A stretch of 18,020 nt of DNA, from contig JANKJI020000002.1 of assembly GCA_024626585.2 (NCBI GenBank), positions 173,275,989 through 173,294,008 on the forward strand, written 5' to 3'. Positions 1-12,622 of this stretch are shown one piece after another. How positions within the stretch are numbered: the stretch's first letter is position 1; the number at the start of each line of letters is the position of its first letter. The stretch comes from Ginkgo biloba (lineage: Eukaryota; Plantae; Ginkgophyta). Position numbers and translations under genes: made by a program. Below the pieces are notes generated by a model, which made no database searches, was not told the DNA's origin, and saw nothing but the letters and a program-made list of their open reading frames with translations.

Positions 1-140
1 AAATATAAAACAAAATGACAGTCTACAAAGGGTTTTGGACATATTCACTTTTGCAAGCAAATTGTTTACTTGCCATTTCTATCTATATATGGCATCAATA
101 CAATTAATTAAGGAAGGTTATTTGAAAACTCAAAGAATTG

Positions 141-293
141 CCAAAGATTCAATTTGACTTACAAAGACTATCCTAACTTTCTTTAGCCAAGCTCACCAAA
201 GATTGAATTTGACCCACAAAAATTATCTCTAAGCTCACCAAAGATTCAATTAGACCCACGGAGATTTTCTCCACCCTTATCTTGCCAAGCTCA
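141..293. repeat. Degenerate tandem repeat, 3 units of ~42-56 bp (CCAAAGATT(C/G)AATT(T/A)GAC...AAGCTCA), probably within an LTR/UTR
   Basis: Units start at 141, 196 and 238. Each begins CCAAAGATTnAATTnGAC and ends AAGCTCA. Confidence 0.75.
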
Positions 294-2129
294 TCTATGG
301 TTGACTCTAATTGTTAGGAAGACAATGTGTTCAACAATGGATGAGAATAAGATAAAATCAAATGCTTGTTTTAGCTATTCAATGAGATTGCATAGTGCAA
401 CTACATTAATAGTGTGTAGCCAACTCTTATTAGGCCATAATAATTTAATCAAGCCTCTATTTCTCATTGATAACCATTGATCAGAATCTTGCATGTGAAA
501 GAAGTTTATGGTCGCTTTCATGTAAAGCAAGGAATCTCCCTATACTCACCAGGTGCAGTCAATTCTACTCATGAAAATGTTATTCCAATTTCATAGGTTT
601 CATATTGAAACAAGCTTTTATCAATGTAAAACTCGTCAAGAGTAATTATGGGAGTTTTCTTATATAAAACAATCCATGTAGTTGCCAAATTGCAACAATG
701 CCAATATATAAAGGAGTGTTAAAACATCACATTGCTAAAAACCTAAAAAGTGCAATTGTGACTTTCGTCTAATAGGGTGTCTAGTCATCTCATACCCTGC
801 CTAAAGGAAAAATATCCAAACCTCCAAAAATATCACCTATCCCACACAAGCATTGTTTCCATGCATGATAAAAATTGCCAAAGTGGAAACATTCATGACA
901 AAGATGTTGTTTGACAACACATTTGTTGGGCATTGTATGAAAGCCGCAAAAATAAAAACCAAATGAGTGACACTCTTAAAACTATCAACCTTGTGTGCAT
1001 AGCATTGAGCATGCCAAGTTAGAAAATTTATATTTCTATTATGCCCTTTCAAGTAGACATTGACCCTAAAAATTTTGCCATGCCTAGTAACCCATCAACT
1101 ACGATGCACCATCACACATTAGAAATCATTTTTCTGTTTCCCCCATCAATGTGTGAGCTTCATTGAGGTCAATCATGTGGGTGAAATGCTTTATAAATAA
1201 AACTATTTTCTCCCAAATTGAACTACATTTGTAGCAAATAAAAGTGGACCTACCAAGTAGGTGAGGGTTCCAACATTTCGAGAATTCTTGTTTGCAAATG
1301 CAACAATCTTGTTTTCAGTGGGACATAGTCTAGATGTATAAAAAAATCATAAGTTTCTCCCCCATAGTAATTCACAAGTCTGAAATGTCATCTATTGGTT
1401 TGAATCTACTTTGTTCAAAAGTCTTTAACAGTGGTTTCAAACCCTCATCCAAACCCAATTTAGGATAGTCTATGGACAATAGAGATAGAAGAGCAAACAA
1501 TAAGCCCATAGTTGAATGACAAGGCAAACAAAAACTCCAAGGCTATTTATTTCTAATGAAGATAACCAGAAATGGCTTGCCCATCACCAAGAGACAATAA
1601 CAAGCAAGACACTCCAATATGAAATTTAACATTAGACATTGTAACCTACAAGTTGATCACACCATTCATAGTGCAATGAAATACATTATTTCATGCCACA
1701 ACAAATTCGCTACAAATACTGGCAAGCCTCGTGATTGTAACCAAAATAATAGTACCAGTAATAATTGGCTAGACCACCGATGGTAATGGCAACAACAACA
1801 ATAAGAATAATGGAATATATTATCAACCACTGTACAATTTGATCAAGGACGATCATGCATATGCCATTCTAGCCTATGATAGTATCGGTTAACTGACTAT
1901 TCACATGGCTTTATTTAGAGCATCTGGGCATTAAAGGCATCACAAATGAACAAGAAATCAAATCATGAGTCTTCAATACCTTACAAGCCACAACTATCAC
2001 TTCTTGTTCGTATATTTTGTACTTAAAAAATCCCACATAAGACAAAGTGTAGAAGTTATTTCTTGATCATGTTCAACCTTTGTGTGACTCATTAACGCTC
2101 TTTCAAGCTATGGAAGGACATCATCAGCA

Positions 2130-5100
2130 TCCAATAGAATCCATAAAAGACTTTGGTGAATGCATGCAAATATTAATTAACAAGTTACAACAAGAGATGT
2201 TTTGCATCCATTACATTTACTAAAAATATTCATTCAAGGTTTGCTACCACATCTCCGCCACATCATATGATTAGACTTGATGATGAAACCTCACCATGAC
2301 ATTTGAGAACTAACTGATACACAGTTACCAAGTACATAAAAGCTATATTACACCAACTTCCACCCCAAAGTTGAAAAATTACAACAAAAGATGGTGGTAT
2401 TAGGGTTACAAAAACAACAGAAAGCCCTGATAAGAGCAAAATTCACAAAACTCGAATTAAAAGTAGCCACTTGCATTGTCCTAATGTATGGTGCCCACCA
2501 CCATACAATTAACAAAAGTACACATGAAACAAACATACGAAAGTTGCATTTGAAACAATGGTATGGCATTTGTAAGGTTGTTTCACATAAGGTTCATTCA
2601 CATAAAANNNNNNNNNNNNNNNNNNNNNNNNNNNNNNNNNNNNNNNNNNNNNNNNNNNNNNNNNNNNNNNNNNNNNNNNNNNNNNNNNNNNNNNNNNNNN
2701 NNNNNNNNCCTGAACTCCAAAACTCATGCACAATACAATGAATACAATTATACCACCAAGGCTATACACTATCAATTATGTTTGCACTTGTGACACAGTC
2801 AACAAGACTATCTACTCAAAGAATGGACAAAAGAACATACATAAAGAATGTGATCCAATAAATCAAGAATGGGAGACTTGCCAGAAAAGCCAAAGAATAA
2901 GACAAAACATTCCAACTTAGTTACCGAAATCCCCAATGTAATTGAAATAGTAAGCTTACAAACTCGAAGTGGGAAGGTCATCAATGCCACTACCACAAAA
3001 GAAACCAAAGGAGAAAGTTCTCTTCCAAAAAAATGTCCAGATAATATAGGAGGTCGTACAATAGGCAAAAAGCCAATGCCCCAAAACACTCCACAATCAA
3101 CATGCACAACTCACCTAAAAAATGTATGACCAAGGAGCACACGCATTCATGTGTATTAGTGATAATGCTTAAAGACTCCTCTGCTATCACATGAGACCAC
3201 AAAGGTGGCAAAATGAAAAGAATTTAATATCCTTCTTACTTCTCTATCAACCATCACAAAATTAAACATAGGGCATAAGATCAACTTATTGCAGGATCCC
3301 TGTAAGGTTACTTAAAATCAACATTTCATTGGTAGTAGTGAGTGATTGGTGGAAGAAGAGTGCTTTCTCCCCACAAGCACAAGCAATCAAGGTAGTGAAT
3401 CGTAGAAAAAGCAACTTGATGAGGATCCAAATGTGCTAATCCAAATCCATGACAAGATCGTTGCCAACAATTGTTGATAGAGGATGCAGCATGAAGGACC
3501 TACCCAAAACAACATGGATTTAATTAAGGGAATCACAAGTTATAGTTCCTAATTAATCGTTTTGCATAGCCAAACAATCCAAAATCTATCCNNNNNNNNN
3601 NNNNNNNNCATTCATATTTGTTATTGTGTTAGGATCATATTTCCACAAGACTTTGTCACAATTTGTATGCACAACACCAATGCCTTGCAATCGCTGTTTG
3701 AAACAAAATTATCAAAATTTGGGGAAACAAACATTACATTATAGAAGATAGTAACGCCATTAGCCTCACATAGGCCACACGTAGCTATAGTCCTCGACAT
3801 AGCTTCCAACACAACCATCACAACTATAGCCATAAAAAGCTCTCATTTCAAATCTCCTTGTTAGTCTACAAAGGACCCAAACAACATGCAATTGCTTTCA
3901 ACAAACTATACAATCACAAACGAAAACAATAACAAAGATTCCACTCATATTAGGGCAACAATGCATCGAGCTTGTAGAAGGAGCCAAACCAAAACAATAA
4001 CATCTATATTGTACAAACCCAATAAGGAAAGCAAAAGCTTGACAAAATGCTTGATGTTGAGTATATTTATGTAGACAACAACAAATACGTAAAGCCCAAT
4101 CATCATCATTCCCACAAAGAACAACAAACGACATTTATGTGTGGATCATTACAAACTCAACAAAGCTAAAAGAAAGCTCTATTTTTTATACCATTCCTCA
4201 AAGGCATCCTCGCCATTCACCACAAGGCATGAGGTATTTTAATTTATTAATAGATTCACAATAAAGTCAATATCATGCCAAAAGATCAGTTAAAACCAAC
4301 CCCTGTTAAAAAATTGGGGATGTATGCTTACCTCATCATACCCTTGGGCTAACTAATGGACCAACCACATTCCAAAACGTCATACTCAACATCTTTCAAC
4401 AAATTAACTGGATGAAGGGTGGAAGCATTTTTCGATGATCTAATGATATATTCATTTATTAACGAGCACCTTAACAACATACGACAAATGTTTTAAATCT
4501 ATCGTGAAAGCGGGTAATGTGACAACCTAGAGAAATGCACCTTCACGGTGTCATTTGGAAATTTTCTTGGACACATAGTCATTGAATATGGCTTATTGAT
4601 GGACCTCACCAAGGTGGCACTCATTTTAGGGTTCCCAATACCTCATACAACAAAGCAACTAAAAGGATTTTTTGTACTACTAGTTGTTACCAATGCATTT
4701 TAAAGAACTATGCTCAAACATCCTCAACCCTTGAGCAATTATTGAAAAGGGCACACTAATTCAATAAACATTGGCTCAACAACTAGAGTTTGACACCTTG
4801 AAAACAAAAGTTGCCAAGACACCAATCTTGTCATTTCCCAACTACGGCAAAGAAGTTTCACATTTATGTTGATGCATGTTTGAATGCATTTGGCAATGTA
4901 CTAGCACAATCAGGCAATGAAAACATTGATCATCCCATCTAGTTCGCCAATTGAAGTTGTCTTCAGCGAAAAGGGATTATATAATCACTAGAGGAGAAGG
5001 GTTGTATTCCATCAAAATTTTCGTCACTATCTAGAAGCAAATTAATTTCACTTTTCTGTTAATCATTAAGCATTACTACACTGAGCCAAAAAACCACCTT

Positions 5101-5460
5101 TGCAAGGATGCATCAGTCATCAATTGATGTTGTTCTTCAAATATAACTTCACAACCCTAGTTATACCAAGAGTATGGCACAATGTGCCCCATCCACTCTC
5201 AAGAATTAACACGGGGTAAGGTAGTGAATCGTATCATTTCATGTCATAACAGATTGGTATAGCAATATCACCAAATATCTTGCCTCTAAACAAATGTCCC
5301 CAAGGCCTAATCATGAAAGCCATCACCCAACATGGTGAATAGATCAACGTTGGTGAATACATCAATTAATATAAGGTGTTTATACAAACATTTGGGACTA
5401 TTATGCAATAATTATCAAGTTGAGGAGAAAACATTGATAAATTCAAAAGGAGGGACTACT
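2130..5460 (+). mobile_element. Degenerate Ty3/gypsy LTR retrotransposon internal region (gag, protease, RT, RNase H; integrase largely deleted)
   Basis: Broken frames retain recognisable motifs: gag-like ESIKDFGECMQILINKL..FIQGLLPHLR (~2137-2265); knuckle-like WYGICKVVSH (~2560); protease IVDRGCSMKDLP (~3470); RT SPIIIIPTKNNKRHLCVDHYKLNK (~4093), GLTNGPTTFQ (~4347), EAFFDDLMIYS (~4422), NLEKCTF..FLGHIV (~4524); RNase H FHIYVDA (~4857), DHPI*FA, RHYLEA. A polypurine tract AAAAGGAGGGACTAC lies at ~5445. Many stops and frameshifts. Confidence 0.9.
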
Positions 5461-6390
5461 AATTAAAATTATAAGACAAGTAAATAACCTTTTGTGTCAA
5501 GGATGAAATGGGGATTCAAAAGAAAGTGAAATATGAGTAATCAATTACCATTGAGGCAACAAATGATATAGCATAGTAGTAAGAAAAAAGTTTAGAAGAA
5601 GATACTATAGAGAAAAATTTNNNNNNNNNNNNNNNNNNNNNNNNNNNNNNNNNNNNNNNNNNNNNNNNNNNNNNNNNNNNNNNNNNNNNNNNNNNNNNNN
5701 NNNNNNNNNNNNNNNNNNNNNNNNNNNNNNNNNNNNNNNNNNNNNNNNNNNNNNNNNNNNNNNNNNNNNNNNNNNNNNNNNNNNNNNNNNNNNNNNNNNN
5801 NNNNNNNNNNNNNNNNNNNNNNNNNNNNNNNNNNNNNNNNNNNNNNNNNNNNNNNNNNNNNNNNNNNNNNNNNNNNNNNNNNNNNNNNNNNNNNNNNNNN
5901 NNNNNNNNNNNNNNNNNNNNNNNNNNNNNNNNNNNNNNNNNNNNNNNNNNNNNNNNNNNNNNNNNNNNNNNNNNNNNNNNNNNNNNNNNNNNNNNNNNNN
6001 NNNNNNNNNNNNNNNNNNNNNNNNNNNNNNNNNNNNNNNNNNNNNNNNNNNNNNNNNNNNNNNNNNNNNNNNNNNNNNNNNNNNNNNNNNNNNNNNNNNN
6101 NNNNNNNNNNNNNNNNNNNNNNNNNNNNNNNNNNNNNNNNNNNNNNNNNNNNNNNNNNNNNNNNNNNNNNNNNNNNNNNNNNNNNNNNNNNNNNNNNNNN
6201 NNNNNNNNNNNNNNNNNNNNNNNNAACCACAAGGACCTCTCATCCATATAAAGAAGACACCATTCCCGATTCCTAATCTCTTTAATGATTCGTTCTGACT
6301 CTTCTGATCATTTGCCTTCACATAAATTCTCTTGCATCCTACTGTTGTTGGCACCCAACTAGGATTTATAACCTTTCAGACTTTGAATTT

Positions 6391-6410
6391 GATCCCTGGC
6401 AGCAATGCCA
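6391..6410 (-). promoter_or_regulatory. Primer-binding site complementary to tRNA-Asp (Athila-type gypsy)
   Basis: The - strand reads TGGCATTGCTGCCAGGGATC versus the canonical TGGCGCCGTTGCCGGGGATC. That is 15/20 identical with all differences transitions, immediately after a putative LTR end. Confidence 0.7.
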
Positions 6411-6412
6411 AA

Positions 6413-6708
6413 TATTGGCAATGGTTTACTAACGTGAAAACGATGCAGTCTCATGGTCATTCATCTAAGCATACAACTAGAATATCCACATGAATACACA
6501 TTGCACAAGTTTAAATGAGAGAATGCAATACTCCATTAAGATGAAGGAGCAATTTTGAGGGACAAAACTGCCCTGAGTAGTACAATTAATGGAAATTCCC
6601 TCTCACCCTCTTCACCCCCCTCGATGACATATACACACATATATATAGGTCACAGAGGTGGTTGAACAACCCAACTACCATCCGTACCTAATTACCCATT
6701 ATACAACA
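6413..6708 (-). mobile_element. Putative ~296-bp 5' LTR of a - strand gypsy (Athila-like) element whose body runs into the gap at 5621-6224
   Basis: The - strand begins TGTTG (6708) and ends CAATA (decayed CAACA, 6413), two bases before the PBS. It contains an internal TATATATAT box. Confidence 0.5.
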
Positions 6709-7454
6709 TAAAGTGATATATTAAGCCATCCAACAATGCTTAACCATTTCATATTATTTCTCAATCCATGGCTTATGTTTACGAAGTAGTAATATAATTT
6801 TGAGAGACAGAACTACCATCAACAGTACAACACTCACAAGCACCTTGTATCTATATGTGTTGTGTACATGCAGGGGTTAAAAAAAGCCCAAAAGTTTATG
6901 ACAATCACACGAATGCATAAAACGATCTTCAAAAAGCAAGGTCACCAAAAAAAATGACTTGTGCACAATCAAAAATTGATAATTGTTGCAAGCTCCATTA
7001 AATCAACACTACTAGAATGTACCGACCTAATCACAAAATTTGTTGTTGCAACCGAGGAACAAGATGCTCAAACAGACATTATAAGCACTCATCACCAGCT
7101 AAGTAATGCTTCTAACCCGATGAACAAAACTTAAAAAGAAAACAATATAGAGAGCACATTATAGGCACAATCAGTTGTGTCCGGCATGTGCACAACTGTG
7201 TTTAATGAGCTAAATGCATCGGGTCACTATCCATCCCAAAGCAACCAAAGGATCATACGACTGCTTCATAAAGAATATTGACCAAACTCCTTGGTTGACC
7301 CACTAAAAGGCACCAATTTATAATGAGTGCCATTAAAAAAAGGTTATGGGTCATAAAAAAGTAACAACATGACATAAAAGCTGTCAAGTAACATTGAGAA
7401 GTCATCATGAATTGTGGCAGGTCACCAACTTGGCCACATGATGTCACTGAAATT

Positions 7455-7866
7455 CCAATTCAATTTGCTTTATTGTAATATATTCTCTGATATAATGATA
7501 ATCAATCTCAATATGCTTTATCCCTTCATGAAAAACTAGATTCTTGATCATCTTCAAAACACTTTGATTATCGCACCACATAACCATAAGATTTATCTGT
7601 ATGCAATGTAGGTCCTTCAAAACTCTGCATAAATAAATTCATTCACACATTGCTATAATCAATTCTCTATAATTAACATTTTTAGAATAAAGGTATATTG
7701 TATGTTGCTTCTTATTGCACCATGATACTACAACTAAACCTAAATGAAGCATATAACCTGTAGTCAATTTCCTATCTTCCAAAGAGCCAACCCAATCTAC
7801 ATGTAAAAAACTTCTCAACTGAAAATCTATATTAGTACCTGAATACCAAATGCTCCAATATGGACT
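7455..7866 (-). mobile_element. Degenerate Ty1/copia pol fragment (RT C-terminus / RNase H)
   Basis: DWVGSLEDRKLTTGY..VSWCNKKQHTI matches copia DWAG..DDRKSTTGY..VSW.SKKQ. It continues WCDNQSVLKMIKNLVFHEGIKHIEIDYHYIRE, the copia CDNQSA..NPVFH.RTKHIEIDYHFIRE motif. Confidence 0.92.
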
Positions 7867-8149
7867 NNNNNNNNNNNNNNNNNNNNNNNNNNNNNNNNNN
7901 NNNNNNNNNNNNNNNNNNNNNNNNNNNNNNNNNNNNNNNNNNNNNNNNNNNNNNNNNNNNNNNNNNTGAATACATACCTCAGGAACTTTCACACAATTGC
8001 AGACATTAAGGACTAAGATTCCCTAGAAATTTTATATTTTTTCATCACAACAATATCGTGCCATTTATCAAAATTTTCTATACAGAATAAAGGACTAAGT
8101 TTTTTGTACATTGGTAACCATAGTTCAATATTTAGGAGTAATCACACCT

Positions 8150-8460
8150 TCTAAAGGTCTTCAAGATCTTGTGGAACTAAATCTTAGACAATTAAGGAGA
8201 ATATAAGTGCTATCTCTTCAAATTAAACTTCCACAAAAATCCCATATCATAGAAAATAAATGGCAACCCCCTTCAAATCATTACAAATGCCCCTTGTAGG
8301 TCAACACTCATCAAGATCTACATGCATCCCATTCTTTAGGAATTTAAGAGCATGTAATGTGCATTTAGTGCTTAATTATCCTATCTGACATGATCTTTAA
8401 TGGCCTCCCTTGCTTACCGATATCCCATTAGATATTCCAAAGTTCTAAGCATAACCTAGC
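8150..8460 (-). mobile_element. Possible highly decayed LINE ORF1 (DUF4283/zinc-knuckle region) remnant
   Basis: Broken frames give LELWN..GRPLKI..RMG..ILMSVDL..VEV*FEE, resembling the plant L1 ORF1 pattern PLELW..IG.PL.ID..R..FARILVEVDL..V.YE. Heavily disrupted. Confidence 0.3.
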
Positions 8461-8963
8461 AAGGATCTTGCCAATCATGTCATGGCCTATCACATTTGGT
8501 TAATAGTAAATGCTTATAATGGTTCATCAATTCAATTGCGCTTGTTTTTAAGATCACTCATTGGACCTTCATCTAAGTGGTNNNNNNNNNNNNNCGATAT
8601 CATATGCTGAGGACCTTATCGTGCAAGGTTTCTAATATACTTTGAAGTTTCAACAAGACGAGACTAATATTAACTTACTTATGGAGACAAGACAAACCCC
8701 AGTATATACATTTCCACTCACACACATAATTAGAGAATGGCTAGAGAATGATGCAAAGCGTATGTTAAGCCATACTAATCAATCGAGTGAAATGTGAATA
8801 GCCTCTTACCATATATTAGCTATAAATTCCTTCTTTTGGTTCCTATAGACAAAGAGGATGTGATCAAGAAAGAACAAATAGTTGATCCATCCTTGTTTAG
8901 GATAAGGCTCTTACATGATTATGCATTTGATTCTTCTTCTTCTCAACCTTCTATTGATCATGA

Positions 8964-9345
8964 TGTTGTAGGAGATGGAGTTATCAGAAATAAATTCCCT
9001 ATTTATATTATTAACCAAGTTTCAAGTCTCAACAAGCTTATAAACTAACTCTATACAATTGAGCTTATCCCTTCAAAGGGTGAAAGCAATCCACAATAAG
9101 CATAGTATTTTAATTCAATGTCAAAATGATAAGTATAAGAAATAAATACAATTGATAAGCAAGAGGTTTCCATTGATAATAGAACCCCAACACAAGGGAA
9201 GAAAAGTCCATAAGGTAAGTCTAAGGGAAATAAAGGGAATTGAAATAATTAACAACAAAGTGCATCTATTTCTCCCCTAAAGGACAACAATAACAATAAG
9301 AGAAGCTCTCTTGGATCAAGCATCAACACTCAACATCCTCCCTTT
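8964..9345 (-). mobile_element. Possible 3' LTR preceded by a polypurine tract
   Basis: On the - strand AAAGGGAGGA (9345-9336) is directly followed by TGTTG (9335). A matching CAACA end is at 8964. No partner LTR or TSD is visible. Confidence 0.3.
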
Positions 9346-11587
9346 GGCATTCCACTTGGAAGGAAGGTTGTTTCCCATGCTAGGTTCCACTCAACAATTC
9401 AACATGGGGAATAGTAATGGTCATTGGCCTTAGTGCAGACTCTGCTCCTTACTTGATTACAAACAGACTGCACTAGAAAATCCTTCTAGTTATTAACAGA
9501 ATTTGGGTCTTTTTGTGAGGTAGCAGAGTCAGTCGAATAGTTATAGCCACTCAGCTGCTCAATTCATTTGTAGTAATTGATCCAGTTGGCCATCCATCAA
9601 GAGTTAGTGACCAGCATAGAGAAATTATCCAGTGTTTCCGATAGAAATATGAAAGCATGATTCACCCACACTTCAGGAGGGGGTTTGCCAGATTTTTACA
9701 AACCACCCCCTGAAAGTTGCTATACAAAATGCAATACTGGCAACATATTTACGAATGGGATCTATGTTTTATGATCCTATTTGTTGGCATTTGCAGTCAG
9801 TATGGTCACCAAATTTTCGAAGTTACTACAAATAATCAATTCTACAATTCACAAAATTTTGGCCTCTTACCTATGCATGGTTCTAAAATCCTATTGGTCG
9901 TTAAAACTAACAGATAGGCAATAGCATGCGATTTCTGTGAAAAGGTCAGCGACCGGTCACTTTTGATATCCGGGTGGATGGCCTCAAAGATCCAAAGCTT
10001 TGTTTGATTAATCAATTGATTGCCTNNNNNNNNNNNNNNNNNNNNNNNNNNNNNNNNNNNNNNNNNNNNNNNNNNNNNNNNNNNNNNNNNNCACATGGGT
10101 GTTCCATTTAATTGGCGTGCTTATGTCGGGTATAAAATGTTTCCACTTTTTACTTGCCTATAATATTTATTGACCTACTCTCAGCACAAAGACCCAAGGC
10201 TGATTTGCCAATCTACCACAACAGCCAAGAATTACCATCATCAGCAGAATAGGCAGAAAAATACCCGAAGGGAATGGTATCGCTTGATGATACTGACAGG
10301 AGATACAAAAGTTATAAAGTGGTTGAATAACAAATGGGCAGAATTGTGCTAAAATTTTGGAGTCACCCAAACGTGACTCCAATAAAGAGGGATAGTCTTC
10401 TAACAAGGGCACTCCTACCCTACCTGCTGAATGACCGAGAACCAGTTCATTCAGAGTTGACTCTGCCATGAACAAAAGTGCTAGCCCAGCAAATTAATTT
10501 ATCTGTCATTGTTCATAGCATAAAACCTTGGAATGGTCATGTGGATAAACGCAAGTAGGTTTCCACCATCTTCCCCCATAATTGATGAATCAAACATCTC
10601 AGCAGCACATCCTCGCAAATGCACATGAAGAGAATGCATTACAGACAAGCCACTGGCATCTTAAGTGGAAAGATAGATTGCCGATGTTAGGAGGCTGGAC
10701 AAAACAGAATGTAATTTATAGAAACATGCAGCTTGAAAGCTGACTTTCACGGCTACTGTAATTCAAGTCTTGGTTTGTGACTTTAGTTGATAAAGGAAAA
10801 GAACCCTGAAGAGGGAGTGACTATTGAGACTTGGCAGGCCATGCTACAGCTGCAGTAGCCAGGCAAAAAGATAAAGTTCATTAAAAATTTACATTTTACC
10901 ATGTTATTCTCACTATATGCTATAAGTTCTATCAATGGTGTCTAATGATATTTTGATCTGCATATGACCGTAACAAGAGTATATGAGGACTTTGATGCCT
11001 GTTAAACTCAATCAATAGCATACAACATAGATGTGCTAATTAACCCGGTCAGAAAATAGCAAATAGTAGAATGCCCCGATATGTTTGCCCTGGAATATAT
11101 TTTTGGGTCAATGTGCATCACAGACTCTTAACTGGATTTTATCCTGGAAAAATGAAGGACATTGGAGATTATTGAGATAGATGCAAATGATAACGGTACA
11201 AGTTTCTCAAATGCAAACAGAAGTTGGTATTAGCAAGTATCTCTACAATCTCCATTCATATGCATACTAATACAAAATTATATTATTCAAAGTATTGTCA
11301 ATTAAAATGCTAGATCGATATTATAGCAAGCCCTTCCTGGCAAATACAGTATTTTCATTGTGCTTACTAACAGTTGTCCTTCCAATCACTTCCACTGCTG
11401 CTGCTGAAGAGGCAGCAACTTAGAGTCTGGTGTAAAGTCATGTTAGATCAGCAAGTCAAGGAAGGTAACCTCGTGAATGTGAAACAAACCATGGCAATAA
11501 ACATCTCAACTAATCACAAAACAAAATTATCCTTATTGGCCATGATTGTACCCTAGAAGAAGAGGAAATGTTTATTGCCTAATGATA

Positions 11588-11731
11588 TCAAGGCAAGTCG
11601 GGCTTGCGATGATGAAATCGCACAACAACACATGTGATATTATCACCACTGCCTTTAGTATAGGCAGTTTCAGTCAAATTTCTTGCTGCGACTTCTGGAT
11701 CTTCTATTGATTTAACAAGTGAAATTGCATC
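11588..11731 (-). CDS. PP2C: Protein phosphatase 2C (clade F, PP2C76-like), terminal coding exon
   Basis: Acceptor ttcatgcag|GAT. Translates DAISLVKSIEDPEVAARNLTETAYTKGSGDNITCVVVRFHHRKPDLP*, with the conserved GS.DNIT motif. Stop TGA at 11590-11588. Confidence 0.95.
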   Translation of the reverse strand, partial: DAISLVKSIEDPEVAARNLTETAYTKGSGDNITCVVVRFHHRKPDLP

Positions 11732-11930
11732 CTGCATGAACAATCACATCAGAAAGTACCATAATTGACTTTCTTCAAGCAACAATAACCTACACAATCC
11801 GAATGCCTGTTCAACACCATCATTGCAAGAGGATAGTAGGGAGACAAGGAAAATCCCAAAAAGAAGAGCATTCAGCTAGAAGAAATGCACCAGCACCTTA
11901 AGGCAAACCATATGAGCACAATATACTAAC

Positions 11931-12005
11931 CTCATTTGAGACTACATCCCAAAGCCCATCACTTGCAAGAACCAAAAACTCCAAATCCTCATCGACTATT
12001 GCTTC
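11931..12005 (-). CDS. PP2C: PP2C penultimate exon (75 bp, intact)
   Basis: tttttcag|GAA...AATGAG|gttagt. Translates [25 protein letters not shown], with the catalytic DGLWD motif. Confidence 0.95.
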
Positions 12006-12502
12006 CTGAAAAACTTAAGATCTGAAGAGATTGAGATCTAGAAAGGATTATAACAGATAAAAGTAAACAACTTTTAAACTAGTGCTAAAGATATTTTCAC
12101 AAAAGCTACAAGTGCAGATTTTCTAGGAAGAGATCAGGAAGTACACCTAATTCCCCTGAAATTTGATATTTGTTTTGCTTTCTTTTTTTCCCTATCAATA
12201 CTTTATTAACACAATGCTACTTGCAGATTAAACTCAGACTAGATGTACTTTCATATCGCCTCTTAGAAGATCTGTAGTAGTAGATTAATGCGATTTCATT
12301 TTCTTCCGTATTGTAACTTAGGAGATATATTANNNNNNNNNNNNNNNNNNNNNNNNNNNNNNNNNNNNNNNNNNNNNNNNNNNNNNNNNNNNNNNNNNNN
12401 NNNNNNNNNNNNNNNNNNNNNNNNNNNNNNNNNNNNGTCATTTTACCTATAATTATCATCTAAAGAATAGCTAAAATCGATGAACAGTCCCAGGTGATAA
12501 CA

Positions 12503-12622
12503 GGATCCCATATAGGACTCAGCAATCTCTTGAATCTTGATCAACACCATAGATGAGATCTCCACTGTCAAAAACTACTTCTCCTCCCCTTTGTATCTGA
12601 CAACAATCATGGGCTTGTCTAC
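12503..12622 (-). pseudogene. HSP70: Decayed fragment of a cytosolic HSP70 nucleotide-binding domain
   Basis: Translates [38 protein letters not shown] versus the plant HSP70 consensus [39 protein letters not shown]. CAG>TAG nonsense change. Confidence 0.88.

Noticed and set aside
141-293. Repeat-spacer-like look (CRISPR)
   Set aside because: The context is eukaryotic, the units are degenerate whole-length tandem copies without unique spacers, and there are no cas genes.
1565-1590. Possible LTR end and PBS (ACCA-GAAA-TGGCTTGCCC) for the + strand gypsy element
   Set aside because: Only a short partial match to tRNA 3' ends, and there is no verifiable second LTR.
5516-6354. Long ORFs of 212-249 aa in the ORF track
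   Set aside because: They consist almost entirely of N-gap translated as X.
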